Origin: Heptranchias perlo
Taxonomy: Eukaryota
Direction: 5' to 3'
Assembly (NCBI RefSeq): GCF_035084215.1
Contig: NC_090350.1
Location: 26,722,001-26,786,000, forward strand
Length of the DNA stretch: 64,000 nt
In this document: positions 63,393 through 64,000 of the stretch, piece by piece
How positions within the stretch are numbered: the first letter of the stretch is position 1
Layout of the letters: each line of letters starts with the position of its first letter
The notes under the pieces: generated by a model
The model's input: the letters and a program-made list of their open reading frames with translations, nothing else
Told to the model about the DNA's origin: nothing
Database searches by the model: none
Program-made: the position numbers and the translations under genes

Positions 63393-63564
63393 ATACCAGA
63401 CTTTCTTGGTGTAACCTGTGTTTATCTTTTCTTGCGGTTTGTAATACAATTATGAGTAGAGAATGTGATACATTTCCTACCCAATACCAATGTGCAAGCT
63501 ATCAGGGCCTAACAAAATACCGTGACAGCGTAATGGGGTTGAATCTGGGGCAGGGCAGAAATTA

Positions 63565-63720
63565 CATCGAATTTACAGCATAGAAACAGGCCATTCGGCC
63601 CAAATGGTCTGTGCCAGTGTTTATGCTCCACACAAGCCTCCTCCCATCCTACGTCATCTAACCCTATCAGCATAACCTTCTAGTCCTTTCTCCATCACAT
63701 ACTTATCTAGCTTCCCCTCT
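63565..63720 (-). mobile_element. CR1 3' end fragment
   Basis: tttacagcatagaaacaggccattcggccc matches the start of the 42226 insert. Confidence 0.75.
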
Positions 63721-64000
63721 GTTCACTCCATAGATGCACCCCTTACCTGGTCCCAAATCTTGGTGTCACGGATAGTAACATATTTTGGGAAGATGCCTGC
63801 ACCATTTGTGTCACTAAAGGGGTGCCCGCTTCATTCTGTGATGTCTGCATGGTAGAGAGCGGACACAAGGAGCACCACCGCCCCCTCTCCACCCACTTCC
63901 AGTGGAATTTTCAATCCTCAAAGAAGGAGAGGAGACCTGGATCCATCCAAAGTTCCTCCCCTGCCTGCACAGGTGGTGTGATCTTCACACGTCCTCAGTG

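Overview
Vertebrate nuclear DNA, AT-rich and dense in transposable elements. The repeat families (CR1 and L2 LINEs, Penelope, Harbinger MITEs, tRNA-SINEs) suggest a shark or other elasmobranch; this is inference. No intact host CDS is evident. The main hidden structure is a large decayed multi-exon gene on the minus strand, about 35.7 kb down to 9.2 kb and possibly to the window start. About 16 candidate exons have splice signals, and most junctions between 25.7 kb and 10.6 kb are phase-compatible. They encode roughly 1,100+ codons of a protein I cannot name, with an ankyrin-like motif near its end and many nonsense codons. Two exons are split by transposons whose removal (with one target-site duplication, TSD) restores the frame; a third is truncated by a full-length CR1. 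Also present: a full-length CR1 with an intact SGNH-esterase ORF1 and a 50-bp monomer array in its 5' UTR; a second CR1 with a nested antisense CR1; a Harbinger relic with several related MITEs; a Penelope fragment with a minimal hammerhead relic; and the probable 3' UTR of another minus-strand gene at about 59.4-62 kb. All translations and coordinates were read by hand.
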